Source: an uncultured bacterium
Lineage (GTDB): Bacteria > Actinomycetota > Humimicrobiia > Humimicrobiales > Humimicrobiaceae
Assembly (NCBI GenBank): GCA_965549355.1
Contig: CBEVGD010000001.1
Coordinates: 1-52,726 of the forward strand
Length of the DNA stretch: 52,726 bases
Direction of reading: 5' to 3'
The notes under the pieces were generated by a model. That model was not told where the DNA came from and made no database searches. It saw only the letters and a list, made by a program, of their open reading frames with translations. Position numbers and translations under genes: made by a program. This document shows, one piece after another, positions 1-9,747 of the stretch (positions are counted from its first letter, which is position 1; every line of letters begins with the position of its first letter).

Positions 1-41
1 AAGGACCGGGAAGAACAAAAAAAGGAAAGTCCCAGAGTTCA

Positions 42-1925
42 ATGGGTTTCGGAAATTTTGGCGGAGGCGGCCAGCGTCCGGGCGGAAAGGGCCCTATGGG
101 TTTTGGGTCGCGGGGCATACAGATGCAGGGCGACAAACCGCGTGATTTCAGGAAGACTTTAAAGAAGTTTGTACAATATATTGGGAAGTATAAGACTCAG
201 GTACTCGTGGTAATGATCTTTGCCGTAGCATCTACTGCATTTGCCATAGTGGGGCCAAAAATAATAGGCAGGGCCACAACAAAACTTTTTGAAGGAGTAA
301 TGGGGAACATCTCCGGGACCGGGAGCGGTATTGATTTTAAGTATATAGGCAATATAATCCTGATAGCACTGGGACTATATGGGGCCTCTGCGATATTCTC
401 CTATGTGCAGGGATGGATAATGTCCGGTGTTTCTATGAAAATCACTTACCGTTTCAGGAGGGATATCTCTAAAAAGATCAATAGGATGCCCTTTAAATAT
501 TTTGACAATACAAACCAGGGCGAAGTCCTCTCGCGTGTGACCAATGATATAGATGCTATAAACCAGACATTAAATCAGAGCCTTACGCAGATAATCACCT
601 CGATTGCCACTATCATCGGGATACTTGCGATGATGCTTACTATAAGCAGGATAATGACGCTGACAGCGCTTCTTATAGTTCCGCTCTCACTCATAATGAT
701 AATGACTGTAGTCAAGCGCTCCCAAAAATACTTCAAGCAGCAGCAGGATTATTTAGGGCATGTAAATGGCCATGTCGAAGAAATGTTCGGCGGGCATAAT
801 GTAGTGAGAGCTTTTAATGGAGAAAAGAGAAGCATAAAGAGGTTTAATAAATTTAATAATATTTTATATGGAGCAGCATGGAAATCTCAATTCCTGTCAG
901 GGATGATGATGCCCATAGCATTTTTTGTTGGAAATCTTGGCTATGCAGCAGTGTCTGTGCTCGGAGGATGGCTTGCCGTACAGGGAAAGATGTCTGTAGG
1001 AGATATCCTGGCATTCATACTATATGTAAGGACATTTATGCGGCCCATCTCACAGATGGCAAATATTTCCAATATCCTTCAACAGACGGCGGCTTCTGCG
1101 GAGCGTGTGTTTGAATTCCTGGAAGAAGATGAAGAGATTCCGAATACAACTAATCCGGTGAAGCCGGCCAATATATCCGGAAATGTGAAGTTTGATGATG
1201 TCCGTTTTGGATATAAGCCGGATCAGGCTACTATCAAAGGCTTTTCAGCTGATGTCAAACCGGGACAGAAAATAGCGCTCGTGGGACCCACGGGAGCTGG
1301 AAAGACCACCATGATAAAGTTATTGATGCGTTTTTATGATGTTGATAGCGGCGGCATATTTGTAGACGGTAATAATATAAAGGACTTTACCAGAGAGGAT
1401 CTAAGGTCGATATTCGGGATGGTTCTCCAGGATACCTGGCTCTATAATGGATCCATCATGGAAAATATTAGATATGGCAGGCCGCATGCAAATGATGAGG
1501 AAGTAATTAAGAGCTCCAAAATCGCATATGTGGACCATTTTGTCCACACGCTTCCCAATGGTTATGATCATGTACTTAATGAGGAGACTTCAAATATCTC
1601 CCAGGGACAAAAACAGCTTATAACTATTGCAAGGGCAATACTTGCCGACCCGAGAATACTCATTCTTGATGAAGCTACAAGCTCGGTCGATACCCGTACG
1701 GAGCTTTTGATCCAGAATGCTATGGATAATATTATGAAGGATAGGACAAGCTTTATAATAGCTCACAGGCTCAGTACCATCCGCAATGCCGACCTTATAC
1801 TTGTGATGGATAATGGTGATATAGTGGAACAGGGGGACCATGGAGAGCTTCTGGAAAAGGACGGCTTCTATGCAAATCTCTATTACAGCCAGTTTGAGAA
1901 CGGTGATTATCTTTCACAGGATTAA
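42..1925 (+). CDS. ABC exporter, fused permease-ATPase half transporter (MdlB/LmrA-like)
   Basis: 627-aa ORF. Gly-rich N-terminal tail and 6-TM region, then Walker A GPTGAGKTT, signature SQGQKQ, Walker B ILILDEATSSVD and H-loop IAHRLST. Confidence 0.9.
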   Translation: MGFGNFGGGGQRPGGKGPMGFGSRGIQMQGDKPRDFRKTLKKFVQYIGKYKTQVLVVMIFAVASTAFAIVGPKIIGRATTKLFEGVMGNISGTGSGIDFKYIGNIILIALGLYGASAIFSYVQGWIMSGVSMKITYRFRRDISKKINRMPFKYFDNTNQGEVLSRVTNDIDAINQTLNQSLTQIITSIATIIGILAMMLTISRIMTLTALLIVPLSLIMIMTVVKRSQKYFKQQQDYLGHVNGHVEEMFGGHNVVRAFNGEKRSIKRFNKFNNILYGAAWKSQFLSGMMMPIAFFVGNLGYAAVSVLGGWLAVQGKMSVGDILAFILYVRTFMRPISQMANISNILQQTAASAERVFEFLEEDEEIPNTTNPVKPANISGNVKFDDVRFGYKPDQATIKGFSADVKPGQKIALVGPTGAGKTTMIKLLMRFYDVDSGGIFVDGNNIKDFTREDLRSIFGMVLQDTWLYNGSIMENIRYGRPHANDEEVIKSSKIAYVDHFVHTLPNGYDHVLNEETSNISQGQKQLITIARAILADPRILILDEATSSVDTRTELLIQNAMDNIMKDRTSFIIAHRLSTIRNADLILVMDNGDIVEQGDHGELLEKDGFYANLYYSQFENGDYLSQD

Positions 1926-2132
1926 ATGATCTGTATCTTTGGCTGCTGATCCTGAATACAGAAATCAACCTCTGCGCTTCCTTCAGCCCGGTTTTTTGCC
2001 CAGCAATAAAGTTCTGTTTGTTTATGAATACCTCCAGCGATAAAGCTTAAAATGTGAATTATTTACATATGCTTTTAATGGAATTGAAGGTTATAGAAAG
2101 TATAATAGAGTTATATTGATGAGACTGATGTC

Positions 2133-2384
2133 TTAGAGTATATTGTCATGTTTGCCAATAGCTTTTAAATATATTTTATCTTCAGCGTATTGCCAGACTA
2201 TTCTATAATTCATATTGATACTTAATTCAAAATCATTTTTACTTCCCTGGATCTTTTTAGTCCTCAGTGAAGGGTGATTAATATTTTTTATGAATAATTT
2301 CAATTTTGAATTAACAGATTCCTGAAGCTCTTTTGAAAGCTTTTTATAATCTTTTTTAAACCGGTTTGAATATATCAGTTCCAT
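2133..2384 (-). CDS. RelE/ParE-superfamily type II toxin
   Basis: 83-aa ORF. Its N-terminus (FKKDYKKLSKELQ) and C-terminal RIVWQY..IYL..IGKHD pattern are typical of RelE/StbE toxins. It lies 3 nt downstream of a small antitoxin-like ORF. Confidence 0.7.
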   Translation of the reverse strand: MELIYSNRFKKDYKKLSKELQESVNSKLKLFIKNINHPSLRTKKIQGSKNDFELSINMNYRIVWQYAEDKIYLKAIGKHDNIL

Positions 2385-2387
2385 TGA

Positions 2388-2657
2388 TTACTTTTGAAGC
2401 TGTTGTATTAGATCATCAACATCTTTTGCGTGCTTTACCCTGCCGCTGGCAAGCTCTTTATCTGCTTCTTTTATTTTATCCTGCCATTCTCTCGACCAGT
2501 ACCATGCTTGGGACCTGTCTATGACCAGTACAGGCCTTAGCTTGATTTCATTATTTTTTACAATCAGATCTAACTTGTCTCCATTTTTTAATTTTAATTT
2601 ATCTACAATATTTTTGGGAATTGTTATCTGTGAATTTTGTTTTAAACTAACGAGCAT
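2388..2657 (-). CDS. AbrB/MazE/SpoVT-fold antitoxin
   Basis: I trimmed the ORF-track model to the internal ATG at 2657 (MLVSLKQNSQITIPKNIVDKLKLKNGDKL), which follows AAGGGG. The swapped-hairpin motif ITIPK..LKLK.GD is characteristic of the fold. The gene is adjacent to the RelE-like toxin. Confidence 0.65.
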   Translation of the reverse strand: MLVSLKQNSQITIPKNIVDKLKLKNGDKLDLIVKNNEIKLRPVLVIDRSQAWYWSREWQDKIKEADKELASGRVKHAKDVDDLIQQLQK

Positions 2658-2889
2658 CTTTTGCCCCTTTTTATATTTTATAAAATTATAATTTTTATAT
2701 TTTATAATTATAGACCATATAATATTCTGAATCAAGTTTAATAAAAATTTACAACCAATGATAAAGAACGATACCATATATAACTATGTATGTATAAAAA
2801 AGGGGTAATAGATTTATATCAGTACCTTGCATTGCAAGATACTGTATGTTAGCATACACCTATATTGTTCAATAGAAAGGAATGATTTT

Positions 2890-3213
2890 ATGAATATACA
2901 GTTCAAAAAAGGAGTACTGGAGCTCTGTGCTATGGCTCTGCTGGCAAAGAAGAACCGGTACGGTTATGAACTGGTAAACGAGATCTCTAAAAGCATCTCG
3001 ATTTCTGAGGGCACGATCTATCCTCTGCTTCGGAGGCTGAAAAACGATGGATATGTGACCACATATCTTGAAGAATCAAAGGAAGGTGCTCCCAGAAAAT
3101 ATTATCAGTTGACGGCAGACGGTAAAAAGAGGGAAAAGGAATTAAAGGAAGAGTGGAAGACTTTTGTAGGGAAAGTAAACAATTTTTTGGAAGGTGGTGT
3201 AAAGGATGAATAA
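2890..3213 (+). CDS. PadR-family transcriptional regulator
   Basis: Start moved to ATG 2890 (MNIQFKKGVLELCAMALL...). The motif YGYEL....S.G.IYP.L.RL...G is the PadR winged-helix signature. Confidence 0.85.
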   Translation: MNIQFKKGVLELCAMALLAKKNRYGYELVNEISKSISISEGTIYPLLRRLKNDGYVTTYLEESKEGAPRKYYQLTADGKKREKELKEEWKTFVGKVNNFLEGGVKDE

Positions 3214-3796
3214 GGAGGAATTTGTAGACAGTCTATCAAAGTATCTTAGAGGAATCCCGGAAGATGAAAAACAGGATATTATAAGTGATTTTGACGAACA
3301 CTTTGAGATGGGCAAGAAAGAAGGAAGGACGGAAGAGAATATCTCAGAATCTCTGGGGAATCCAAAAGCGCTGGCAAATCAATTAAAAGCAAGCGTAACG
3401 GTGGAGCGGGCAGAAAAAGAAACTACAACTGTAAATATTACAAGAGCAGTATTTGCCAGCCTCGGTCTCGGATTTTTTAATTTGGTATTTGTACTGGGGC
3501 CATTTCTTGGAATTGCAGGAGTTCTCGCAGGATTATTTGCAGCAGCTATAGGAATAACTGCGGGAGGGATAACAGGACTTCTGGGGACCATATTTGCCCC
3601 ATTGTTTCCGGAATATTTCAATATGATCATTAATCCGGCGGTAGGCATATTTGCTTCTATAGGACTGATATGTTTTGGAGTGTTATTTTTTATTGGTGAT
3701 ATGTATCTCTCCAGAGCGTTATTTAGATTATTTATAAAATATATAAAGTTTAATGCAAGGATTGTAACAGGAAAGGAGAGAAGAGATGAAGTCTAG
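3206..3796 (+). CDS. DUF1700-type membrane protein (PadR-associated sensor/anti-repressor-like)
   Basis: The N-terminus EEFVDSLSKYLRGIPEDEKQDIISDFDEHF is the DUF1700 hallmark. The C-terminus is Gly-rich TM segments. It overlaps the padR stop by 8 nt. Confidence 0.75.
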   Translation: MNKEEFVDSLSKYLRGIPEDEKQDIISDFDEHFEMGKKEGRTEENISESLGNPKALANQLKASVTVERAEKETTTVNITRAVFASLGLGFFNLVFVLGPFLGIAGVLAGLFAAAIGITAGGITGLLGTIFAPLFPEYFNMIINPAVGIFASIGLICFGVLFFIGDMYLSRALFRLFIKYIKFNARIVTGKERRDEV

Positions 3797-4688
3797 TATA
3801 AAAAAATTATTGATCATTCTTGCTGTAACTATGGTTGCTTCTTTTGGTATAGCAGCGATTGTGATGGCAGCGACGGGGAATTTTGTAGTAGCCACTGAAG
3901 AGATAAATGAATCAAAAACATTCAAAACGGAAGAGATATCTTCGATAGAAGTAGATCTTGTCAATACAGATCTTAATATCATCCCAACCTCAAAGGGAGA
4001 AATAATAGTGCATTTCTATGGCGAGGTAAGTACAAATGTGAAGAGGAATGCACCAGAGCTGATAGCATATAAGACAGGTGATAAATTATATATAGAAACG
4101 CTACGCAGTAAAGACATTATTGTTTTCGGTATTAATATTGAAAGAACAACCATGGATATATATATACCGGAAATCAGCCTGGAAGAATTTAGAATAAATG
4201 TCGTATCCGGGGATGTAATAATGGAAGATATTACGGCAGCAGAGTTTTATCTTGAAACAGTATCCGGAGATATCAAGATCCAGGAACTGATGGCGGAAAA
4301 AATAAGGATCGGTTCGACTTCTGGAGATATTATATTAAAGGAGTATGCAGGAAATATAGATGTGGGTACAACATCAGGAAATATCAGTCTTATCGGCGGT
4401 GGCGATAATGAAGACATAGATGTATCTGCAGTTTCAGGTGATATACTTATAGACCAGGATTCTGTATCGGATATGAATATAGAGAGTACGTCTGGTGATG
4501 TTAGGATAAAGTTGCCAGAGGATTCACAGTTTTACCTGGATATAAGCACTGTATCTGGAGACATCAAATACGATTTTGCCATAAAGATCAGCTCTTCCGG
4601 ACGGAGAGAACTGGAAGGAACAGCAGGTGATGGCGGGGATAGGATAATGATAAATACTGTTTCAGGTGATGTGGCAGTAGGTTATTAG
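3786..4688 (+). CDS. DUF4097-family beta-strand repeat protein (putative adhesin-like)
   Basis: N-terminal TM/signal anchor followed by more than 8 repeats of the (V/T)SGD(I/V) beta-strand motif. It overlaps the upstream gene by 11 nt, completing the classic PadR-DUF1700-DUF4097 trio. Confidence 0.7.
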   Translation: MKSSIKKLLIILAVTMVASFGIAAIVMAATGNFVVATEEINESKTFKTEEISSIEVDLVNTDLNIIPTSKGEIIVHFYGEVSTNVKRNAPELIAYKTGDKLYIETLRSKDIIVFGINIERTTMDIYIPEISLEEFRINVVSGDVIMEDITAAEFYLETVSGDIKIQELMAEKIRIGSTSGDIILKEYAGNIDVGTTSGNISLIGGGDNEDIDVSAVSGDILIDQDSVSDMNIESTSGDVRIKLPEDSQFYLDISTVSGDIKYDFAIKISSSGRRELEGTAGDGGDRIMINTVSGDVAVGY

Positions 4689-4835
4689 CTATGTTGGTAA
4701 TATCTACCTGAACTAGCCTGGAGTTTTTATTCTGGCTTATGGCTTATTAATAGATGGATAAAAAAATATCCAAACTAAAATATAATAAATAAAAATTTAG
4801 GTGATAAAATATCAGAAAGAAGAGGAGAGTTTGAA

Positions 4836-5591
4836 ATGAAACTGATAACAAATAATAGAAAATTTAAAATTTTAAAAATAGTATTACTTACGGCAGTAGT
4901 GGGCGTGCTGGCAGTAACTGCTGTTTCCTGTAGATGGACCATTGGAGTAGTCCGGGGTTCAGGGAATCTGGAAACCGAGGAAAGAGAGGTATCTGGATTT
5001 GATGAGATCCAATTTACGGGAACAGGGAATCTCATCATTGAACAGGGTGATGAGGAATCACTTACAATTGAAGCAGACGATAATATTATCGGACTGATAG
5101 AAACCAGAGTAAGAGGCGATGTGCTCCATATCGGGTATAAGAGAGGAGTCAATATAATACCCACCGGTACGATAAAGTTTTATCTTACAGTAGAAGACCT
5201 TGACAGGATCGACCTATCAGGTGTGGGGGATATAGACTGTGACGGATTTGAGACTGATGATCTTGAGTTCAGTATCAGCGGGTCAGGGGATATTAAATTC
5301 AATATCGAAGCAAAAAGTATCGAAATAGATGTATCCGGTCTGGGTGATATCAACCTTTCAGGCAAGGTTGGTTCCCATAAAATCCAGATAAGCGGTTCCG
5401 GGAAATATGATGCAGAAGAACTTGAAAGCAAAAATTGTGAGATCGAGATTTCCGGATTTGGAAGCGCCACAGTTTATGTATCCGACAATTTGAATATAGA
5501 AATAAATGGCGCAGGCAATGTCTATTATAAAGGGAGTCCTGATATCTCGCAGGATATATCCGGACTTGGCAGAATAAAGAGTCTGGATTAG
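4836..5591 (+). CDS. DUF2807 / GIN-domain protein (head domain of putative autotransporter adhesins)
   Basis: Signal anchor, then repeated GSG(N/D)(L/I) beta-helix motifs (GTGNLII, SGSGDIKF, SGLGDINL, SGSGKY, GAGNVYY). Confidence 0.65.
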   Translation: MKLITNNRKFKILKIVLLTAVVGVLAVTAVSCRWTIGVVRGSGNLETEEREVSGFDEIQFTGTGNLIIEQGDEESLTIEADDNIIGLIETRVRGDVLHIGYKRGVNIIPTGTIKFYLTVEDLDRIDLSGVGDIDCDGFETDDLEFSISGSGDIKFNIEAKSIEIDVSGLGDINLSGKVGSHKIQISGSGKYDAEELESKNCEIEISGFGSATVYVSDNLNIEINGAGNVYYKGSPDISQDISGLGRIKSLD

Positions 5592-5664
5592 AATAAATAT
5601 AAAATGTTTATGGTAGTCTTTTAAAGAAATAGAAAAATAAATTATTAATTTGAGAGGAGAAAAA

Positions 5665-6126
5665 ATGACAGAATTGACCAAAAAAGAAATAAAGATAGGA
5701 AAGAAACAGATCGAGGGCCCATTGATCCTTTGCTGGGTAATGGCCATACTTTTGGGTATTGGGGTCTTTTCAGGGTTTGCCTGGGGACCTATAGGATTTC
5801 TCACAAACTATCTTGAGGCACCATTTACTTTTATTGCAATATCGGAACTTGCCAGGGATTTTATAGGATTTCCATTCAAGATGATGTATTCTCTGCTTGC
5901 ACCGGCACTTTTTATAGTTGAGCTTATAGGCCTTTATCAGAGAAAAGCATTTGCGGTCCCACTTGGAAGAGCCGTACTTGTAGTTACAATGGTATTTTTC
6001 TTCCCTGTCGGGACTATATTTGGCGGGGTCATGTGGAAGAGGTTCAACCATCCAATGACTAAGAAGTATCTGAATTATGAAGATGAACATACTATGGAAG
6101 CCGACGAAAAGGAAGAAAAGAAATAG
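5665..6126 (+). CDS. Small integral membrane protein, unknown function
   Basis: ATG at 5665 follows GAGAGGAG. About 4 predicted TM helices and an acidic C-terminal tail. No family recognised. Confidence 0.5.
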   Translation: MTELTKKEIKIGKKQIEGPLILCWVMAILLGIGVFSGFAWGPIGFLTNYLEAPFTFIAISELARDFIGFPFKMMYSLLAPALFIVELIGLYQRKAFAVPLGRAVLVVTMVFFFPVGTIFGGVMWKRFNHPMTKKYLNYEDEHTMEADEKEEKK

Positions 6127-6155
6127 CCAGAATATTTGCTTCCGGGTATGAGAAG

Positions 6156-6191
6156 CCGGCCCTTATTCCTACACCACCGGATAAGGGCCGG
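6156..6191 (+). terminator. GC-rich hairpin downstream of the membrane-protein gene
   Basis: An 11-bp stem, CCGGCCCTTAT (6156-6166) with ATAAGGGCCGG (6181-6191). There is no U tract. Loop bases 6172-6180 (CACCACCGG) can alternatively pair with 6203-6211 (CCGGTGGTG). Confidence 0.35.
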
Positions 6192-6301
6192 TCTGTGAAT
6201 ATCCGGTGGTGAAAAATTTGACTTTATAAATCTTTTTGCTACATTATTCTTACCTTGCAACAGTAAATAACTTTAAGAAATTACCGGAATGGAGGAATAT
6301 A

Positions 6302-7267
6302 GTGGCACTTGTAGACCTACCATTAGAAGAATTAAAAGCATATAAACCGGAGAAGAACAAAGAAAAAGACTTCGATCAGTTCTGGCAGGATAAGATCAAA
6401 TATTTAAGAGCTGAACCGATTGAATATAATATGGAGAAGATCGATTATGTTATCCCGGAGATTGATGCATACAAAGTCATATATAAGGGATATAAAAATG
6501 CACTCATCTGCGGGCATTATATTACTCCAAAAAATATCTCAAATTCACATTTACCGGTCATTTTAATATTCCATGGCTATACAGGTAATAAGGGTCCCAT
6601 AAGTATGAATGTAAGATGGCCATTAATGGGGTATGCAGTTTTTGCGGTCGATGTACGGGGCCAGAGCGGAGAAAGCATTGATAATAGATATTATAGCGGA
6701 CCGTCATATGCGGGATATATGACAAAAGGTATATTCAATAAGGATGACTATTATTATCTGGGCGTTTATCTTGACTCTATACGCGCTATCGATTTTCTGG
6801 CAGACAGGGAAGAGCTGGATATGGAAAGACTATGCATTACCGGCATCAGTCAGGGGGGAGGACTTTCTCTGGCAGCTGCGGGCCTTGACAGCAGACCGAA
6901 ACTGGTTATTTCTGAGATGCCCTATTTGTGCCATTTCAGGAGAGCAGTCGAATGGGCGGAAGAAGCAAAAAATATTACTTATCTGGAAATTGCAAATCTT
7001 ATCAGAGAATATCCTGAAAGAGAAGATGAGATGTTTAAGACCTTAAGCTATTTTGACAATCTTAATATATGCGGCAATATCAGCGCAAAAACAATAATAA
7101 CCTGCGCACTTAAAGATACTGTTTGCCCCCCGTCCACAATATTTGCAGCATATAATCATATAGAATCAGAAAAAAATATGGAGCTTCTTCCATATTCTAT
7201 GCATGATATTGCCGCATCTATCAGGTTTGATGAAAAGAAGCTTGAATATATAAAAAATAATCTGTAA
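6302..7267 (+). CDS. Acetyl xylan esterase / cephalosporin-C deacetylase (carbohydrate esterase family 7)
   Basis: GTG start at 6302 follows GGAGG, giving VALVDLPLEELKAYKP, the usual CE7 N-terminus. Nucleophile elbow GISQGG. Downstream H in the ...MHD... context. Confidence 0.8.
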   Translation: MALVDLPLEELKAYKPEKNKEKDFDQFWQDKIKYLRAEPIEYNMEKIDYVIPEIDAYKVIYKGYKNALICGHYITPKNISNSHLPVILIFHGYTGNKGPISMNVRWPLMGYAVFAVDVRGQSGESIDNRYYSGPSYAGYMTKGIFNKDDYYYLGVYLDSIRAIDFLADREELDMERLCITGISQGGGLSLAAAGLDSRPKLVISEMPYLCHFRRAVEWAEEAKNITYLEIANLIREYPEREDEMFKTLSYFDNLNICGNISAKTIITCALKDTVCPPSTIFAAYNHIESEKNMELLPYSMHDIAASIRFDEKKLEYIKNNL

Positions 7268-7365
7268 ATATACATTTTATTAAGATTAGACTAAGATGAC
7301 AGGCAGATAATCATTAAAAAAGAAATACTGGTAAAATACATACAATAATATGGAAGGAATAATCT

Positions 7366-8895
7366 ATGAACTATCTTATAGGCTTTGATATCGGAACAAC
7401 CTCTACAAGGTGTATATTAATTGATACAAACGGCAAGTTAATAGCATCTGCTACCAGTGACTACCCAATGGATACCCCAAAACCCGGATGGGCAGAGCAG
7501 GATCCCGACCACTGGTGGGAAGCAACAGTAATCACTATAAAAGAAGTCATAGAAAAATCAAAAATTAACCCGTCCGATATATCGGCTATGGGACTGTCGG
7601 GCCAGATGCATGGCTCAGTATTTTTGGAAAAAGGCAAGGTAATAAGGCCGGCACTTCTGTGGTGCGACCAGAGGACTCAGGCGCAGTGCGATAGCATCTA
7701 TAATACTTTTGGGGGAGAAGAAGAGTTTATCAAGCTATCCTATAATAAGGCGCTGACTGGCTTTACTGCCCCCAAGATACTCTGGCTGCGCGAGGTAGAA
7801 CCGGATAATTATAAAAAGGTAGATAGAATACTGCTGCCCAAAGACTATATAAGATATAAGCTGTCAGGGACCTTCGCCACTGAAGTATCGGATGCCTCCG
7901 GAACCATTCTTATGGATATAGCAAAGAGGAGTTGGTCGGATAAGATACTTGAAGGACTGTCTATAGAAAAAGACATGCTGCCCCCGGTTTATGAATCATC
8001 AAAGGTTACCTCGCGCGTATCAGAAGGGGCGGCAAAGATAACGGGCCTTACTTCCGGCACTCCTATAGTAGGAGGAGCGGGGGACCAGGCAGGGGGAGCT
8101 GTAGGCTCAGGAATAGTAGAAGAAGGAATAATATCAGACTGCCTTGGGACCTCAGGTGTCGTATTTGCCCACAGCGACAGGCCCTCTTATGACACAAAAG
8201 GGAGGCTTCATTGCTTCTGCCACGCTGCAGAAGGCGCCTGGCATCTCATGGGAGTGACTCTGGCTGCTGCAGGTTCGTATAAATGGTATCATGATACCAT
8301 TGGCGTATCACCCGATATGTCAAAAGCTTACCCGGACCTTTCAGGTTACGGGCTGCTGAACAAACAGGCCAAAAAGGCAGCACCGGGTTCGGATGGCCTT
8401 ATCTTCCTACCATATCTTTCCGGAGAGAGGACCCCTTATGCAGACCCCTATGCCAGGGGGGTATTTTTTGGACTCTCATATATACATAATCAGAATCATC
8501 TTGTCCGAAGCGTACTTGAAGGAATATCTTATTCACAATATGACTGCCTGAACCTTATGAAGGATCTGGGCATTACTTCAAACAAGGTAGTGCTTTTTGG
8601 CGGAGGAGCAAGATCAAAGCTATGGAGACAGATAATATCTGATATATTTGATACCAGAATAGTCACATTGAATGTTGAAGAAGGGCCCTCTTATGGCGCC
8701 GCGATCCTTGCAGGCGTGGGGGCCGGCATATATAGGGACGTCAAAGAAGCTACGGATAAGATAATAAGAGAAGATACTGAAGTAGATCCAATAGCTGAGA
8801 ATGTATCTAAATATAGTAAATATTATAAGGTATACCGGTCGCTTTACGGCAGCTTAAAGGGAGACTTTGAGAAACTGGAGCTGGCAGGCAAGTAA
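7366..8895 (+). CDS. xylB: Xylulokinase (FGGY carbohydrate kinase)
   Basis: 509 aa. N-terminal GFDIGTTSTR, GLSGQMHG, GAGDQAGGAVG and C-terminal FGGGARS motifs of FGGY kinases with a XylB-like pattern. Confidence 0.85.
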   Translation: MNYLIGFDIGTTSTRCILIDTNGKLIASATSDYPMDTPKPGWAEQDPDHWWEATVITIKEVIEKSKINPSDISAMGLSGQMHGSVFLEKGKVIRPALLWCDQRTQAQCDSIYNTFGGEEEFIKLSYNKALTGFTAPKILWLREVEPDNYKKVDRILLPKDYIRYKLSGTFATEVSDASGTILMDIAKRSWSDKILEGLSIEKDMLPPVYESSKVTSRVSEGAAKITGLTSGTPIVGGAGDQAGGAVGSGIVEEGIISDCLGTSGVVFAHSDRPSYDTKGRLHCFCHAAEGAWHLMGVTLAAAGSYKWYHDTIGVSPDMSKAYPDLSGYGLLNKQAKKAAPGSDGLIFLPYLSGERTPYADPYARGVFFGLSYIHNQNHLVRSVLEGISYSQYDCLNLMKDLGITSNKVVLFGGGARSKLWRQIISDIFDTRIVTLNVEEGPSYGAAILAGVGAGIYRDVKEATDKIIREDTEVDPIAENVSKYSKYYKVYRSLYGSLKGDFEKLELAGK

Positions 8896-8907
8896 TGCCA
8901 TATAATA

Positions 8908-8928
8908 AGGATTTATGTATAAAATCCT
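8908..8928. terminator. Possible bidirectional hairpin between convergent xylB and plsY-like genes
   Basis: AGGATTT-atgtata-AAATCCT, a 7-bp stem. AT-rich flanks, only a weak U tract. Confidence 0.25.
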
Positions 8929-8948
8929 CCGGGACAATAGAGCTATTC

Positions 8949-9623
8949 TTAAAACTTGTTTGCAGTGGGGATCTTTCTGTACATAAAATGCAGGATTATG
9001 CCTTTTAGTATTATTATTAAAGAAATGGCCGCAGCTATGAAAACGACAATCATGGGCCCATTATAAAAATATGTATTGATCATAGACATATCATAAATAT
9101 ATGCATAAATATATGCAAACACCGGGAAAAGAATTGCTCCCAGAGCTCCGGATATTACATTAGGATTGATCTTATGGGTTCTGCCAAGCGTATATTTATA
9201 TGTAAATCCCACGGCAAGCACGATTGCCAATAGTATTAAAAAAGGTATCAGCATCAGTGCGCCAGCTATCCCCATAGCAGTAGCCAGACCGCCTCCGCCC
9301 CTGAATTTAAACCATATCGGCCAGTTATGCCCCACCATCACTGCCACGCATGCAATCGCTATTACCAATTGGTCCAGTCCGATCGCCTGTCCGACCAGGA
9401 CCACTGCAACACCTTTCCCGGCATCAAAAATAAATGTGGGAAGTCCGGCCTTCAATCCGTACTGGCGTCCGGCCCCCGCTGTTCCCGGCCTGTCAATATT
9501 GCTAAAGTCCCTTATCCCATCTTTCCGCCCATAGATCTTTACCATAATATAGGAAAATAGAACCGAACCAAGCATATAGCCGGCAATGATATATATGATC
9601 TTAAAATAGATGGTATCAACCAT
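8949..9623 (-). CDS. PlsY-family acyl-phosphate:glycerol-3-phosphate acyltransferase paralogue (divergent)
   Basis: 224-aa polytopic membrane protein with DAGKG and HNWPIWFKFRGGGG motifs of PlsY. The canonical GSGNxGATN motif 1 is degenerate (RPGTAGAGRQ). Confidence 0.6.
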   Translation of the reverse strand: MVDTIYFKIIYIIAGYMLGSVLFSYIMVKIYGRKDGIRDFSNIDRPGTAGAGRQYGLKAGLPTFIFDAGKGVAVVLVGQAIGLDQLVIAIACVAVMVGHNWPIWFKFRGGGGLATAMGIAGALMLIPFLILLAIVLAVGFTYKYTLGRTHKINPNVISGALGAILFPVFAYIYAYIYDMSMINTYFYNGPMIVVFIAAAISLIIILKGIILHFMYRKIPTANKF

Positions 9624-9747
9624 ATTATGTTCCCTGTTATTATTTGATATTAATAAAAGATTATATCAAAATATCCAATATGTGTTTATGATAATATATA
9701 GCAGTTAGAGCCGTATCTTAATAATACTACTGAAGAAAGGTAAAGAC

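Noticed and set aside
3786-4688. Apparent tandem repetition (SGD motifs) as a DNA repeat or contingency locus.
   Set aside because: The repeats are degenerate at the nucleotide level and correspond to beta-strand repeats of the DUF4097 fold. There are no exact DNA tandem units.
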